Of a stretch of DNA of 64,000 nt, positions 35,832-45,082 are shown one piece after another. Under the pieces are notes generated by a model that worked only from the letters and a program-made list of their open reading frames with translations, was not told where the DNA came from and ran no database searches. The first letter of the stretch is position 1. Each line of letters starts with the position of its first letter. Location of the stretch: the NCBI GenBank assembly GCA_036555515.1, contig DATBLC010000344.1, positions 14,958 to 78,957 on the forward strand. Direction: 5' to 3'. A program made the translations under genes and the position numbers. The stretch comes from Candidatus Binatia bacterium (lineage in GTDB: Bacteria; Desulfobacterota; Binatia; UBA9968).

Positions 35832-38609
35832 ATGGGAAAGACGAGAGTCCATCTATTAGCCAAGGAGTTGGGAATCGAGACCAAGGACCTCATCGCCCAG
35901 TTGGATAAGTTGGGTTTGAGGGGGCGCAAGGCGCAAAGCTCCCTTGAGGACGATGAGGTCGCGCGAGTGCGTGGCGCTCTGACGGCGCAAGAAAAACCTC
36001 AAGTCCACGTTGGCGAAGAAAAGGTGGTGGCCGATCGCGTCGTCACCGCGGAAGACGAGAGTCTCGGCGAGGTTCAGGCGCGCGAAACCATCGTCGAACG
36101 TAGGGTGCGCGCCAACGTCATTCGCCGCCGCACCAGTCGCGTGGAGGTGCCACACGCGGAAACGCCGCGGGTAGAAGCCCAAAAGCCGGCCGAGGAAGCG
36201 CCCCCGCTCATCGTCGAAACGACACCGGTCGTTGAGCAGCCCGTTGAAGAATTCCCCGCGGAGTTTCTACCGGAGGCTGAACCCATCGCCGAGGAACCGT
36301 CGTTCGTTGAGCCCATCGAAGAGGCGGCACCGCAAGCTCCGGTTGAGGCCGAAGCGGCTGAGCCGTCTGTCACTGAAGCGGAACCGGTACCCGAACCGGA
36401 ACCAACGCCTGCCTCGGTCACGCCTATCGCCAAGCCGGCGGTGGAAAAACCCGCGCCAGCTCAAACACCCCGTGGAGCCATTGTGCTTGGCCGCATCGAT
36501 CTCAAACAAACCCAGAGAATTCCGGTAGCGCCGCCGCCGAGCGCGCGCCGTGCGGTTTCTGGCGCCTCGGCTACGGCGGTTTCTGCGGGCGCGCCCGCGG
36601 AAGCTGTCCCAACGGCGGCCGAAGGCGAAGCAGGGAAACCGGCCAAAAGCGGCCGGCACAAAAAGAGGGTCGTTAAAAAACAAGACGTGCTCGAGTTCCG
36701 GGAACAAGACCTGCGGGCGGGCCGCATACCGAAAAAGAAAAGGGCCCTTCCCGGCAGAGAGCAGAGGAAAACGGAAATCACCGTTCCCAAGGCAATCAAG
36801 CGAGTCATCAAGATCTCCGAAGTTATTACGGTCGGCGATCTTTCGCGCGAGATGGGCGTAAAGGCCGGAGACGTTATCAAGAAGCTGATGAGCATGGGCA
36901 TGATGGCGACTATCAACCAGATGCTCGACGCGGACACCGCCACCTTGATCGCCTCTGAATTCGATCATCAGGTTGAAAACGTCGCATTTGACGCCGATAG
37001 CGCTCTCGAGGTGGAACACCAAGTCGAGGAAGAGGAGGCGGCGCTTCTCCCGCGTCCACCCGTGGTGACGATCATGGGACATGTCGACCATGGCAAGACT
37101 TCATTGCTCGATGCGATTCGCAGCACCAACGTCACCGCCCAAGAGCATGGCGGCATCACGCAACATATCGGCGCTTATCATGTGCAAGTGGACGGGCGCA
37201 GCGTGACGTTTCTCGACACGCCCGGCCACGAGGCTTTCACGGCCATGCGGGCGCGCGGCGCCAAGGTTACCGATATTGTCGTTCTTGTGGTTGCCGCCGA
37301 TGACGGCGTCATGCCGCAGACAGTGGAGGCGATCAACCACGCGCGCGCTGCGGAAGTGCCTATCGTCGTGGCCGTGAACAAAATGGACCGTCCCGACGCC
37401 GACCTCGAACGAGTGAAAAGAGGCCTCGCGGAATATGGGCTGGCGGCGGAAGATTGGGGCGGCGATACGGTGTTCGCCCCGGTATCGGCCAAGACCCATG
37501 AGGGCATACCCCATCTGCTGGAAATGGTGCTATTGCAAGCGGATATGTTGGAATTGAAGGCGAATCCCGAGAAACTGTCGCGCGGTACTATCGTCGAGGC
37601 CAAACTCGACCGCGGTCGCGGACCGGTGGCGACGGTCCTGGTGCAGGAAGGGACGCTTCATGTCGGCGACGCATTTGTGTGCGGCGTTTTTCACGGCAAG
37701 GTGCGCGCGATGATCGACGACCATGGGCAAAAGTTGGACGTGGCTCCACCTTCCGTCCCGGTGGAGATTCTCGGCTTGCAGGGTGTGCCGCAGGCGGGCG
37801 ATTCATTTGTCGCCGTGGCCGATGAAGCGAAGGCGCGGCAGGTGGCCGAGTTCCGCCAGAGCAAGCAGCGCGAAACCGAGCTGGTCAAGAGCAGCAAGGT
37901 TTCGCTGGAAGAGCTTTACGACCAGATCAAGACCGGAGATGTTAAGGAGCTTCGCGTGGTGCTCAAGGGCGACGTCCAGGGCTCCGTGGAAGCGATCACG
38001 GAAGCGCTGGGGCGCATGTCCGGCGACGAAGTGAAGTTGCGAGTAATCCATGGGTCGGTGGGCGGTATCACGGAGAGCGACATTCTTCTCGCCGCCGCTT
38101 CCAACGCTATCGTCATCGGCTTCAACGTTCGCCCTGAATCCAAGGGGGCTGCTCTCGCCGCCCGCGAAGGCGTCGATGTGCGTCTGTACACCATCATCTA
38201 TGAAGTCGTGGCGGACCTGCGTGCTGCGATGGAGGGATTGCTGGAGCCGACATACCGCGAGCAAATTAATGGCCGGGTGGAGATCCGCCAGACCTTCAAC
38301 ATCCAAGGTGTCGGCACCGTCGCCGGCTGCTATGTGACGGAAGGTAAAATTCAGCGCGGTAATCAGGTGCGGCTCACCCGTGACCAGGTCGTGGTCCATG
38401 AAGGCAAGCTGGCGACCCTCAAGCGCTTTAAGGACGACGTGCGCGAGGTGGCCGCGGGCTACGAATGTGGATTGAGCATCGAAGGATTTCAAGACATCAA
38501 GCAAGGCGATGTCATTGAAGCCTATGAGCGTGTTCCCGTGGTGCGGCGCATCACGCCACACCCCGCGGGGCGCGAATCAGCGCGGGCGACGGCGGCCGAA
38601 ACTCGTTAG
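35832..38609 (+). CDS. infB: Translation initiation factor IF-2
   Basis: G domain [21 protein letters not shown]. Long acidic/Pro-rich N-terminal region. Confidence 0.95.
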   Translation: MGKTRVHLLAKELGIETKDLIAQLDKLGLRGRKAQSSLEDDEVARVRGALTAQEKPQVHVGEEKVVADRVVTAEDESLGEVQARETIVERRVRANVIRRRTSRVEVPHAETPRVEAQKPAEEAPPLIVETTPVVEQPVEEFPAEFLPEAEPIAEEPSFVEPIEEAAPQAPVEAEAAEPSVTEAEPVPEPEPTPASVTPIAKPAVEKPAPAQTPRGAIVLGRIDLKQTQRIPVAPPPSARRAVSGASATAVSAGAPAEAVPTAAEGEAGKPAKSGRHKKRVVKKQDVLEFREQDLRAGRIPKKKRALPGREQRKTEITVPKAIKRVIKISEVITVGDLSREMGVKAGDVIKKLMSMGMMATINQMLDADTATLIASEFDHQVENVAFDADSALEVEHQVEEEEAALLPRPPVVTIMGHVDHGKTSLLDAIRSTNVTAQEHGGITQHIGAYHVQVDGRSVTFLDTPGHEAFTAMRARGAKVTDIVVLVVAADDGVMPQTVEAINHARAAEVPIVVAVNKMDRPDADLERVKRGLAEYGLAAEDWGGDTVFAPVSAKTHEGIPHLLEMVLLQADMLELKANPEKLSRGTIVEAKLDRGRGPVATVLVQEGTLHVGDAFVCGVFHGKVRAMIDDHGQKLDVAPPSVPVEILGLQGVPQAGDSFVAVADEAKARQVAEFRQSKQRETELVKSSKVSLEELYDQIKTGDVKELRVVLKGDVQGSVEAITEALGRMSGDEVKLRVIHGSVGGITESDILLAAASNAIVIGFNVRPESKGAALAAREGVDVRLYTIIYEVVADLRAAMEGLLEPTYREQINGRVEIRQTFNIQGVGTVAGCYVTEGKIQRGNQVRLTRDQVVVHEGKLATLKRFKDDVREVAAGYECGLSIEGFQDIKQGDVIEAYERVPVVRRITPHPAGRESARATAAETR

Positions 38610-38635
38610 AATGCCTTCCGACGGCGCGGCGGGCC

Positions 38636-38923
38636 ATGATCGTAGGGGTTCTCAAGCTCCGTCTGCTATTGCCCGAAAATCACTCGCTCAAGGGCAAGCG
38701 CGGCCTCATCAAGCGCATTCAAGCGCGGGTCGCGGGTCAATTCAACATCTCCGTCGGCGAATGCGATGACCAGGATCTCTGGCAGAGCGCGGTGCTGGGC
38801 TTCGCCGTCGTCGGCAGTAGCGAGCCGGTAGTGCAGGCATCGTTGCAGAAAGTGGTGGACTTCGTCGACGACATGGGTCTTGCGCAGGTGGACGAGTCAA
38901 GCAGCGAGATTATTCACTGTTAG
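38636..38923 (+). CDS. DUF503 (YlxP-like) protein
   Basis: 95 aa. MIVGVLKLRLLLPENHSLKGKR is typical of DUF503. Conserved position between infB and rbfA. Confidence 0.8.
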   Translation: MIVGVLKLRLLLPENHSLKGKRGLIKRIQARVAGQFNISVGECDDQDLWQSAVLGFAVVGSSEPVVQASLQKVVDFVDDMGLAQVDESSSEIIHC

Positions 38924-39293
38924 CAGAGCTTGAAAAGACTCATAGGCTTCGTTGCTCTCGATCGCCTCGCGCCAACGTCAGACTGTGTGAAAACTCTTTA
39001 GGAGCCCTTCGATCCTTCGAGGGGCCTCAGGAAAGGTCCCTCGACAGCCTTAGTCCCGAGCTTGTCGAGGGGTCAGGGCGAACGGCTAAATGCTTGATTT
39101 GCAATGTCTGACATCCATTCGTAGTGAGCCCAGTCGAACCATGAACGGAGTTTTCACACAGTCTGTCGTTGCACTCGATCGCCTCGCTCTAATCGTGCTC
39201 GTTTCTCGTGCTCGTGCTCGTTTTTCGAACACGAACCACGAACACGAGTGACGAAAACTGCGCCTCGCCTCTGAGGTCTTTTGAGCGGTCTGC
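38921..39293 (+). repeat. Repeat family X copy 2, starting on the TAG stop of the DUF503 gene and interrupted by nested element Y
   Basis: TAGCAGAGCTTGAAAAGACTCAT ... GGTCTTTTGAGCGGTCTGC. Shares the GTGCTCGTTTCTCGTGCTCGTGCTCG core with 4313-4444. Confidence 0.7.
38979..39165. mobile_element. Nested 187-bp element Y with perfect 18-bp terminal inverted repeats
   Basis: CAGACTGTGTGAAAACTC (38979-38996) and GAGTTTTCACACAGTCTG (39148-39165). Flanked by 22-bp direct repeats TCGTTGC(T/A)CTCGATCGCCTCGC at 38949-38970 and 39166-39187. Confidence 0.7.
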
Positions 39294-39397
39294 GCGGACA
39301 GTTTTTAAGCATCCTCTGTAACGATACGGCTCAGAGGCATCGGCATCGCTATTGACATGCACGCGCGAGACTAAGGCTCGGCTGAAGTGAGCGTTCC

Positions 39398-39464
39398 GTT
39401 CAAATCTCAATGTTCAAAGTTTTCGGAATCGAAGTCGTCACCTTGAACATTGAACGTTGAACCC
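39398..39464. repeat. GTTCAA-array hairpin element
   Basis: GTTCAAATCTCAATGTTCAAAG ... CCTTGAACATTGAACGTTGAACCC, abutting the rbfA start. Confidence 0.6.
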
Positions 39465-39465
39465 T

Positions 39466-39819
39466 ATGGATTACCAGCGCTCAGACCGCGTCGGCGATTT
39501 GCTCGTCGAGCTCATATCGGAACTGCTCAGCCGCGAGATCCGCGACCCGCGGGTGCGCGGAGTCACGATCACAGCCGTAAAAGTAACCAAAGACCTCAAG
39601 CATGCCCGCGTTTACTTCAATCTCCTTGGCGGCGCCGAGAACCGAGATAGCGCGCTGGCGGGACTGCGCAGCGCCGGCGGTTTCATTCGATCGCGCGTCG
39701 GCAAACAGATCAATTTGAAGTTTGTGCCGGCGATCGAATTTTTTTATGACGAGACCGAGGACCGGGCGCAACGAATCGACGAGCTCTTGAAAAAAGCCAA
39801 AGAGCCGTCGTCACAATAA
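39466..39819 (+). CDS. rbfA: Ribosome-binding factor A
   Basis: MDYQRSDRVGDLLVELISELL..DPR...VTIT.V.V..DL..A.VY matches RbfA. The TTG at 39457 lies inside the repeat. Confidence 0.9.
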   Translation: MDYQRSDRVGDLLVELISELLSREIRDPRVRGVTITAVKVTKDLKHARVYFNLLGGAENRDSALAGLRSAGGFIRSRVGKQINLKFVPAIEFFYDETEDRAQRIDELLKKAKEPSSQ

Positions 39820-39825
39820 AGACAA

Positions 39826-39890
39826 GGCGTTTAAAAAGTTCAAACCGGTAAAGTCGTTCAAGCCGTCGGAGCAATCCGGCGTTTAAAACC
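39826..39890. repeat. GTTCAA-type element with an 11-bp direct repeat GGCGTTTAAAA at both ends
   Basis: GGCGTTTAAAAAGTTCAAACCGGTAAAGTCGTTCAAGCCGTCGGAGCAATCCGGCGTTTAAAA. The loop motif CCGTCGGAGCAATCCGG is the reverse of the loops at 30125 and 62295. Confidence 0.55.
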
Positions 39891-39934
39891 AGAAGCAAAC
39901 AGTTTATCTGGGCGCTCTGTGAGCCATTCCGCCG

Positions 39935-41098
39935 TTAGGCATGCGAGCGGATTACATTCTGACCAAGGCGCCAGCGCAGGACCTCGTTGGCGCCCTCCGT
40001 GATGCGCGTGCTGCGAATCTGGCGATACCACCACTCGAGGGGCAACTCCTTCATCAGACCAAGTCCGCCGTGCACCTGAATTGCGCGGTCCACCACCCGG
40101 CTCGCCATCTCGGTGGCCGTAACCTTGACCATATAGGACAGATTGCGGACGTCTTCGCCTTGATCTTGGCGCCAGGCGCATTCATAGACCATGAGCCTTG
40201 TCGCATGCAGCTCCATCGCCGAGTCGGCGATCATGAATTGGATCGCCTGGCGATCGGCAAGCGGCCGGCCGAAAGTCACGCGAACTTTTGCATACTCGAT
40301 CATCAAATCGAGGGCGCGCTGGGCAATGCCGACGGGCCGCGCGCCGTGCCCCCTGATGCGGCCTTCACCGATCCACTTTTGCGCAAGCGAAAAACCGCCG
40401 CCGATCTCGCCGATGACATTGGCCGCCGGCACCCGAACATTGTCAAACAGAATCTGCCAAGGTGCCTCGCCCATCATGGTCGGCCACTGCCGTTCCAGCG
40501 TTACGCCGGGTGTCTTGAGATCGACGGCGAAGCAGGTGATACCGCCACGAGCGCGCTTTTCAGGATCGGTGACCGCCATGAGTTGGACGTAATCTGAGCG
40601 GCCCGCCGCGGTGATAAAGCGCTTGGTGCCGTTGATGACGAAGTTCTCGCCGTCGCGCACGGCGCGGGTGCGCATGTTCGCGGGATCGCTGCCCGCGTCC
40701 GGCTCGGTCTGGGCGAAGCAAAAGCGCATTTCGCCGCGCAGCACGGGCTCCAAGAAGCGTATTTTTTGTTCCTCGTTACAGTGAAAGAGCACCGGGCGCA
40801 CTTCAGGGCCGAACAATTCGAGACTGCGAAAGGGCAAAGACGCGGCGCGCGCGATCTCTTCATGAATGACGCAACGCGGCAGGAGTCCAAGCCCCGCCCC
40901 GCCGTACTCCGCCGGCACGTCGAGCATCCAGAGCCCCATGGCTTTGGCCTTTTCCTGAAGCGGTTTGAGCAAATGCTCCGGCATCGGACCCTCGCTGTCG
41001 TGACGGTACTCGCGCTCCAGCGGTATCAATTCTTTGTCGACAAAGCGCCGCACCGTGTTTTTCAGTATTTGAATTTCTTCAGGCAAATTGAAGTCCAT
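39935..41098 (-). CDS. Acyl-CoA dehydrogenase
   Basis: 387 aa with ACAD N/M/C-domain patterns (CFAQTEPDAGSD, QIHGGLG, catalytic E near the C-terminus). Confidence 0.9.
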   Translation of the reverse strand: MDFNLPEEIQILKNTVRRFVDKELIPLEREYRHDSEGPMPEHLLKPLQEKAKAMGLWMLDVPAEYGGAGLGLLPRCVIHEEIARAASLPFRSLELFGPEVRPVLFHCNEEQKIRFLEPVLRGEMRFCFAQTEPDAGSDPANMRTRAVRDGENFVINGTKRFITAAGRSDYVQLMAVTDPEKRARGGITCFAVDLKTPGVTLERQWPTMMGEAPWQILFDNVRVPAANVIGEIGGGFSLAQKWIGEGRIRGHGARPVGIAQRALDLMIEYAKVRVTFGRPLADRQAIQFMIADSAMELHATRLMVYECAWRQDQGEDVRNLSYMVKVTATEMASRVVDRAIQVHGGLGLMKELPLEWWYRQIRSTRITEGANEVLRWRLGQNVIRSHA

Positions 41099-41168
41099 GG
41101 TGTTCCTTCCTCCGCGTACTGACCGGAAGCTAATCGATAGAGAGCCGCCGGGTCAAGAGGAAATCGGT

Positions 41169-41224
41169 GAGTTCAAATCGTTCAGCCGTTCAAAACCTTT
41201 GGAACGGTTTGAACGGCTGAACTC
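41169..41224. repeat. GTTCA-type hairpin with a 15-bp perfect stem, in a divergent promoter region
   Basis: GTTCAGCCGTTCAAA (41180-41194) pairs with TTTGAACGGCTGAAC (41208-41222); 13-nt loop. Confidence 0.65.
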
Positions 41225-41310
41225 TCATGAAGGACCGGCCTGTGGAGCTTGAGCCATTGTCTGAAAAATAGTAACTTTCGGGAGAAGACACGGCTCATAC
41301 AGGTTCCTCT

Positions 41311-41817
41311 ATGGATCAAATCGAATCCTCTAAGAATTCCAAGTTTGGACCGGACAAGTTGCTTGCCGATACCGTGGTCCTGACGCGCTTGGACAAGGCC
41401 GTCGGCTGGGCTCGCAAGTATTCGCTCTTCCCCTACCCGTTCGCCACGGCTTGTTGCGCGATGGAATATATGTCGCTCTCCATGTCGCCCTACGATATCG
41501 ACCGGTTCGGCGCGCTGCTGCCGCGCTTCAGCCCGCGGCAGGCCGACTTGTTGATGGTCATAGGCACAGTCAACCACAAACTCTCGCCGGTGCTTAAACG
41601 GGTTTACGAGCAAATGTCCGAGCCGAGATGGGTCATGGCCTTCGGCGCCTGCGCAGCGAGCGGTGGTTTTTACGATAACTACGCGACGGTGCAGGGGATC
41701 GACAGAATCATTCCAGTCGACGTCTATGTTCCCGGCTGTCCGCCGCGCCCGGAGGCCGTCCTGGACGGATTAATGGAACTGCAGGGGCGCATCGCCCGGC
41801 AGAAACAGCCGCTATAA
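41311..41817 (+). CDS. nuoB: NADH:quinone oxidoreductase subunit B homolog (NuoB/NDH-1 20-kDa subunit), not adjacent to other nuo genes
   Basis: N2-cluster ligand motifs ATACCAMEY, GACAASGGFY, PGCPPRPE. 168 aa. Confidence 0.85.
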   Translation: MDQIESSKNSKFGPDKLLADTVVLTRLDKAVGWARKYSLFPYPFATACCAMEYMSLSMSPYDIDRFGALLPRFSPRQADLLMVIGTVNHKLSPVLKRVYEQMSEPRWVMAFGACAASGGFYDNYATVQGIDRIIPVDVYVPGCPPRPEAVLDGLMELQGRIARQKQPL

Positions 41818-41884
41818 GCGGTTGCATGTTGTCAACCTGCGCGCCGTTGCGCACTGCTTTGGTCGGGCTAACCAAAATCCAAAT

Positions 41885-42211
41885 ATGAGTGATGAGGAGA
41901 AAACGGATCTGCCGGCGCAAAGCGACCTGTTTCATCAGGGCATGATCACTAAACTTTTTCCTTCTAACAATACCGGGTTTGTGCGCATCGAAAGCGGCCG
42001 GGAGGTGCCATTCTCATACGAGTTCGTGCTTCTCTGCGGCGCGGCCAAGACGGTCCATGATCTGAGAGAAGGGGAAGCTGTGGGCTACGATTTGGGCTGG
42101 ACGCCCAGAGGTCTGAGGGTCACGAAAATCAAAACCTACCCGCCGGCGGCTGCGAGTCAGAAGTCAAACTCAGAACGGCAAGGAACTCAAGGTGAGAATT
42201 TGCCGTCCTAG
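41885..42211 (+). CDS. Divergent cold-shock-domain-like (OB-fold) protein
   Basis: GMITKLFPSNNTGFVRIESGREVPFSYEFV...LREGEAVGYDL..PRGLRVTKI follows the CSD beta-strand pattern but lacks the canonical KGFGFI RNP1. 108 aa from ATG 41885. Confidence 0.45.
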   Translation: MSDEEKTDLPAQSDLFHQGMITKLFPSNNTGFVRIESGREVPFSYEFVLLCGAAKTVHDLREGEAVGYDLGWTPRGLRVTKIKTYPPAAASQKSNSERQGTQGENLPS

Positions 42212-43000
42212 TATCTCGCCGACGAAGACACCCAAAAGCGCGATATAGAAAAGTCCGGTAGCCGCCATGGTGTGCGGGATCAGCAGCGTGCGCCAGATCA
42301 TCCAGGACAGAACCAGCGGGGCGGCTTGTCCCACCACGATGCGCGTGACTAACAGAGTTGAGTTTTTCGCCCAAAGCATTTTCAAGCTCTCCATGGTGCT
42401 CGGAGCGCCGGCGAGATAAATCCACAGCACCGAAAGCAGTAGGAAGCCGCTTTGCAGCAACAATGCGGCGACAAAAAACTTGTAGATGCGCACGAAGGGG
42501 TCGATACTCTGGCCGGTGTCGATGAGGTACCAATGGCCGATCAACATTCCCACGGTTACGCTGCCCAACAGCAGAGCTGATAAGCAAAAGGCGATTGGGT
42601 AAATCACAACCTCCAGGGAGACGTCCGGTGCGGGATAAGAATTTAGCCCGGTCAGGATCAGGCCCGCCAGCCCGGTGAGAATCGCCGAGGAAAAACTACG
42701 GGCGCGGAAATTTTGCCGCTCCGTCCAGAGTGAAACGATGTATGCACCCAAGCAGATGACGAAAGCCGAGTGAAAGAAAAGCTCAACGGCGGCCGCGGCG
42801 CTAAATTCCGTTGCGACCCCTTGCCAGTAGAATTGGATTTTCCCCCACAGGCCGAGTAAGGCGATGATGAACAGCACGCCGCCGGTGGATTTGTAGAAGG
42901 CGCGGTCGAGCTCGTGAAACGGCGTTGCGGCCAAGGCGAACAGGCCCCCCGAAGCCACCTGATAGAAGAAAATAAGGAAACTACTGGAGAAACTCTGCAT
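42170..43000 (-). CDS. Polytopic membrane protein of unknown function (about 8 TM), translationally coupled to ubiE
   Basis: ATG at 43000 is 4 nt after the ubiE stop. Hydrophobic helices throughout; conserved-looking His residues (PFHELD, FFHSAF, IGHWYLID, IPHTM). Confidence 0.6.
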   Translation of the reverse strand: MQSFSSSFLIFFYQVASGGLFALAATPFHELDRAFYKSTGGVLFIIALLGLWGKIQFYWQGVATEFSAAAAVELFFHSAFVICLGAYIVSLWTERQNFRARSFSSAILTGLAGLILTGLNSYPAPDVSLEVVIYPIAFCLSALLLGSVTVGMLIGHWYLIDTGQSIDPFVRIYKFFVAALLLQSGFLLLSVLWIYLAGAPSTMESLKMLWAKNSTLLVTRIVVGQAAPLVLSWMIWRTLLIPHTMAATGLFYIALLGVFVGEILGRQILTLSSLPF

Positions 43001-43004
43001 CGGG

Positions 43005-43739
43005 TTATTCGGCAGGCCGGGCGAGAGATTTTTGCGCGACGTGCATGCAAACCGCGCCATTAAGAAATTTTCGCAGTTTCACGGGCTCGAATTGCGCCGC
43101 TTCGATTAGAGCGGCGACCGCCTCGGGAGAGTGAAACTGCCGGACCGATTGCGAGAGGTATTGGTAGGCCTGACCGTTGGGCGACAACAATTTGCCGATG
43201 CACGGCACCAGCTGGTAAAAATACAGGGCATAGAGCGGGCTGAACCAGTTCCTCGCCGGCGGAAACATGTCGAGAGTCACCAGCGTCCCGCCCGGTTTCA
43301 AAACCCGCCGCGCCTCGGTGAAAAACAGCTTCAAGTCGGAGATGTTACGCAGAACGAAAGCGGACATGACGCAGTCGAAAACGCCCGTTTTGAATGGCGC
43401 GGAAAGGGCGCTGCCTTGAACGAATTGCGTCTCCTGGGCGTGCGCCGCGCGCGCTTTTTTCTGCTGCGCGAGCCGCAACATTGCCAGCGAGAAGTCGAGG
43501 CCGATCACGCGCGTGCCGCCACGGCCACTTTTGGCCGCGGCAAAGGTGAGATCGCCGGTGCCAGCGCCGAGGTCCAAAAGCAGGCTAGCGTTGCCACGCA
43601 AAACCGCGGCGACCGCGGCCTTGCGCCAGTAGCCGTCGAGCCGGAAGCTGATGATCCGGTTGAGCAGATCGTAACGCGGCGCCACATCATCGAACATGCC
43701 TCGAACGGCGCGGTCGCGCGGAGGGTCAGAAGCAGCCAT
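43005..43739 (-). CDS. ubiE: Demethylmenaquinone/ubiquinone C-methyltransferase
   Basis: VRGMFDDVAPRYDLLN, SAM motif LLDLGAGTGD, and a UbiE/MenG-type C-terminus. The TTG at 43778 lies inside an inverted repeat, so ATG 43739 is preferred. Confidence 0.88.
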   Translation of the reverse strand: MAASDPPRDRAVRGMFDDVAPRYDLLNRIISFRLDGYWRKAAVAAVLRGNASLLLDLGAGTGDLTFAAAKSGRGGTRVIGLDFSLAMLRLAQQKKARAAHAQETQFVQGSALSAPFKTGVFDCVMSAFVLRNISDLKLFFTEARRVLKPGGTLVTLDMFPPARNWFSPLYALYFYQLVPCIGKLLSPNGQAYQYLSQSVRQFHSPEAVAALIEAAQFEPVKLRKFLNGAVCMHVAQKSLARPAE

Positions 43740-43769
43740 GGATTGGTCTGGGTAAATGGTCCAAAATCC

Positions 43770-43868
43770 CGGGTTCAAGGTTCAACGTTTCGAACCCTCA
43801 GCAGTCCCCACCTTGAACCCGTTCAACACGCGCTCAAGGCACGTTTTAAACGTTGAACCTTGAACCCG
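43770..43868. repeat. GTTCAA-array element with a perfect 21-bp inverted repeat
   Basis: CGGGTTCAAGGTTCAACGTTT (43770-43790) and AAACGTTGAACCTTGAACCCG (43848-43868), 57-bp spacer containing further TTGAAC/GTTCAA units. Confidence 0.8.
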
Positions 43869-43936
43869 ATAAAGCGCGGCTGATCTCAGCACTGCTGGCG
43901 TGCCATGATTCTCCACTGGTTCATGAATACCGCGAG

Positions 43937-44995
43937 CTAAAAGTCTCGGTCGATGATGAGCTTGACCAGGGCCTTGAGACCGTTGCGGTAAGGAGATGCG
44001 GGCAGTTTTTTTAGCGACGCAAGCGCGGCTTCGGCGTAGGACCGCGATAGCTCCTTCGCCTTTCTGATCGCCGAACCTCTCTTGATCGCCTCCAGGGCTT
44101 CGGCAATCTGGCTTTCCCCGGTCTCGGATTGTTCAAAGGCATCGCGCACCACATTATCGTCGAGCGCGAGGATGATTGGCAGTGAGGGGTTGCCGTCGCG
44201 CAGATCCATGCCCGTAGGTTTACCCAGAAGAGCAGCGTGCCCGACCACGTCGAGAACATCATCGACGATTTGAAAGGCGATACCCAAGTTAAGGCCATAA
44301 TTGTCGGCTTGGTCCACGATGGCGGGCTTAGCCCCGGCCAGGTAAGCGCCGACTTTGCAGCCGGTCTGGAAAAGCGACGCCGTTTTACGCCTTACGATTT
44401 CCACGTAATCGCCGAGTGTCACCGAACGGTTGCGGTTGAAGATTCCCTGAAGAATTTCGCCCTCCGTCAAAAGCGTGCAGGCATCGGCGGTCCATTGCAC
44501 CACGATTTCGTCGAATTTACCGGCGAATTCGAATGCTTTGATGAAAAGAAAATCGCCGGCGACGAGGGTGGGTTTGAGGCCGAATTTTCTATAGGCGGAC
44601 ACTTTGCCGCGGCGGGTCTCCGCATCATCAAGGATATCATCATGCAGCAGCGTAGCGCTATGGATCAGTTCGATGGCGGTGGCAATATCCACGATGTCTT
44701 GGGACCCTTTTCCGCCCAATCCGAGGTGTGCCAGGAGCGTCACCATCGGCCGTACTCTTTTCCCGCCGCCGTCGATCAAGTGCGCCGCAATATCGGTCAA
44801 GCTCTGTTCCCGCGATCCAATCGCCCGCGCCAGAGTCCGTTCCACCAGGTCAAGCTCCCGAGCGACGGACTTGGATGGATCGCACTGGTCGGCGGCCACT
44901 GGAATTTGCCGCGGTATTTTCGCCGCCAGTGCGGACTCGGCTCTCGCTGTTTTAAGTTTTGATTCGTGAATCAGATAGGCTCCGGGTGGCCGCAA
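43937..44995 (-). CDS. ispB: Long-chain polyprenyl diphosphate synthase (IspB-like)
   Basis: Two Asp-rich motifs, LLHDDILDD and FQIVDDVLD. Start codon uncertain (TTG at 44995 or downstream). Confidence 0.85.
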   Translation of the reverse strand: MRPPGAYLIHESKLKTARAESALAAKIPRQIPVAADQCDPSKSVARELDLVERTLARAIGSREQSLTDIAAHLIDGGGKRVRPMVTLLAHLGLGGKGSQDIVDIATAIELIHSATLLHDDILDDAETRRGKVSAYRKFGLKPTLVAGDFLFIKAFEFAGKFDEIVVQWTADACTLLTEGEILQGIFNRNRSVTLGDYVEIVRRKTASLFQTGCKVGAYLAGAKPAIVDQADNYGLNLGIAFQIVDDVLDVVGHAALLGKPTGMDLRDGNPSLPIILALDDNVVRDAFEQSETGESQIAEALEAIKRGSAIRKAKELSRSYAEAALASLKKLPASPYRNGLKALVKLIIDRDF

Positions 44996-45082
44996 AAAGC
45001 TAGCGCGAAAATGTCATAGATCAGTAGTCAGGTCAAGGTGCCACCCGATTCGCGGAAGCGCTATACTTCAGTCTATCCTGCC

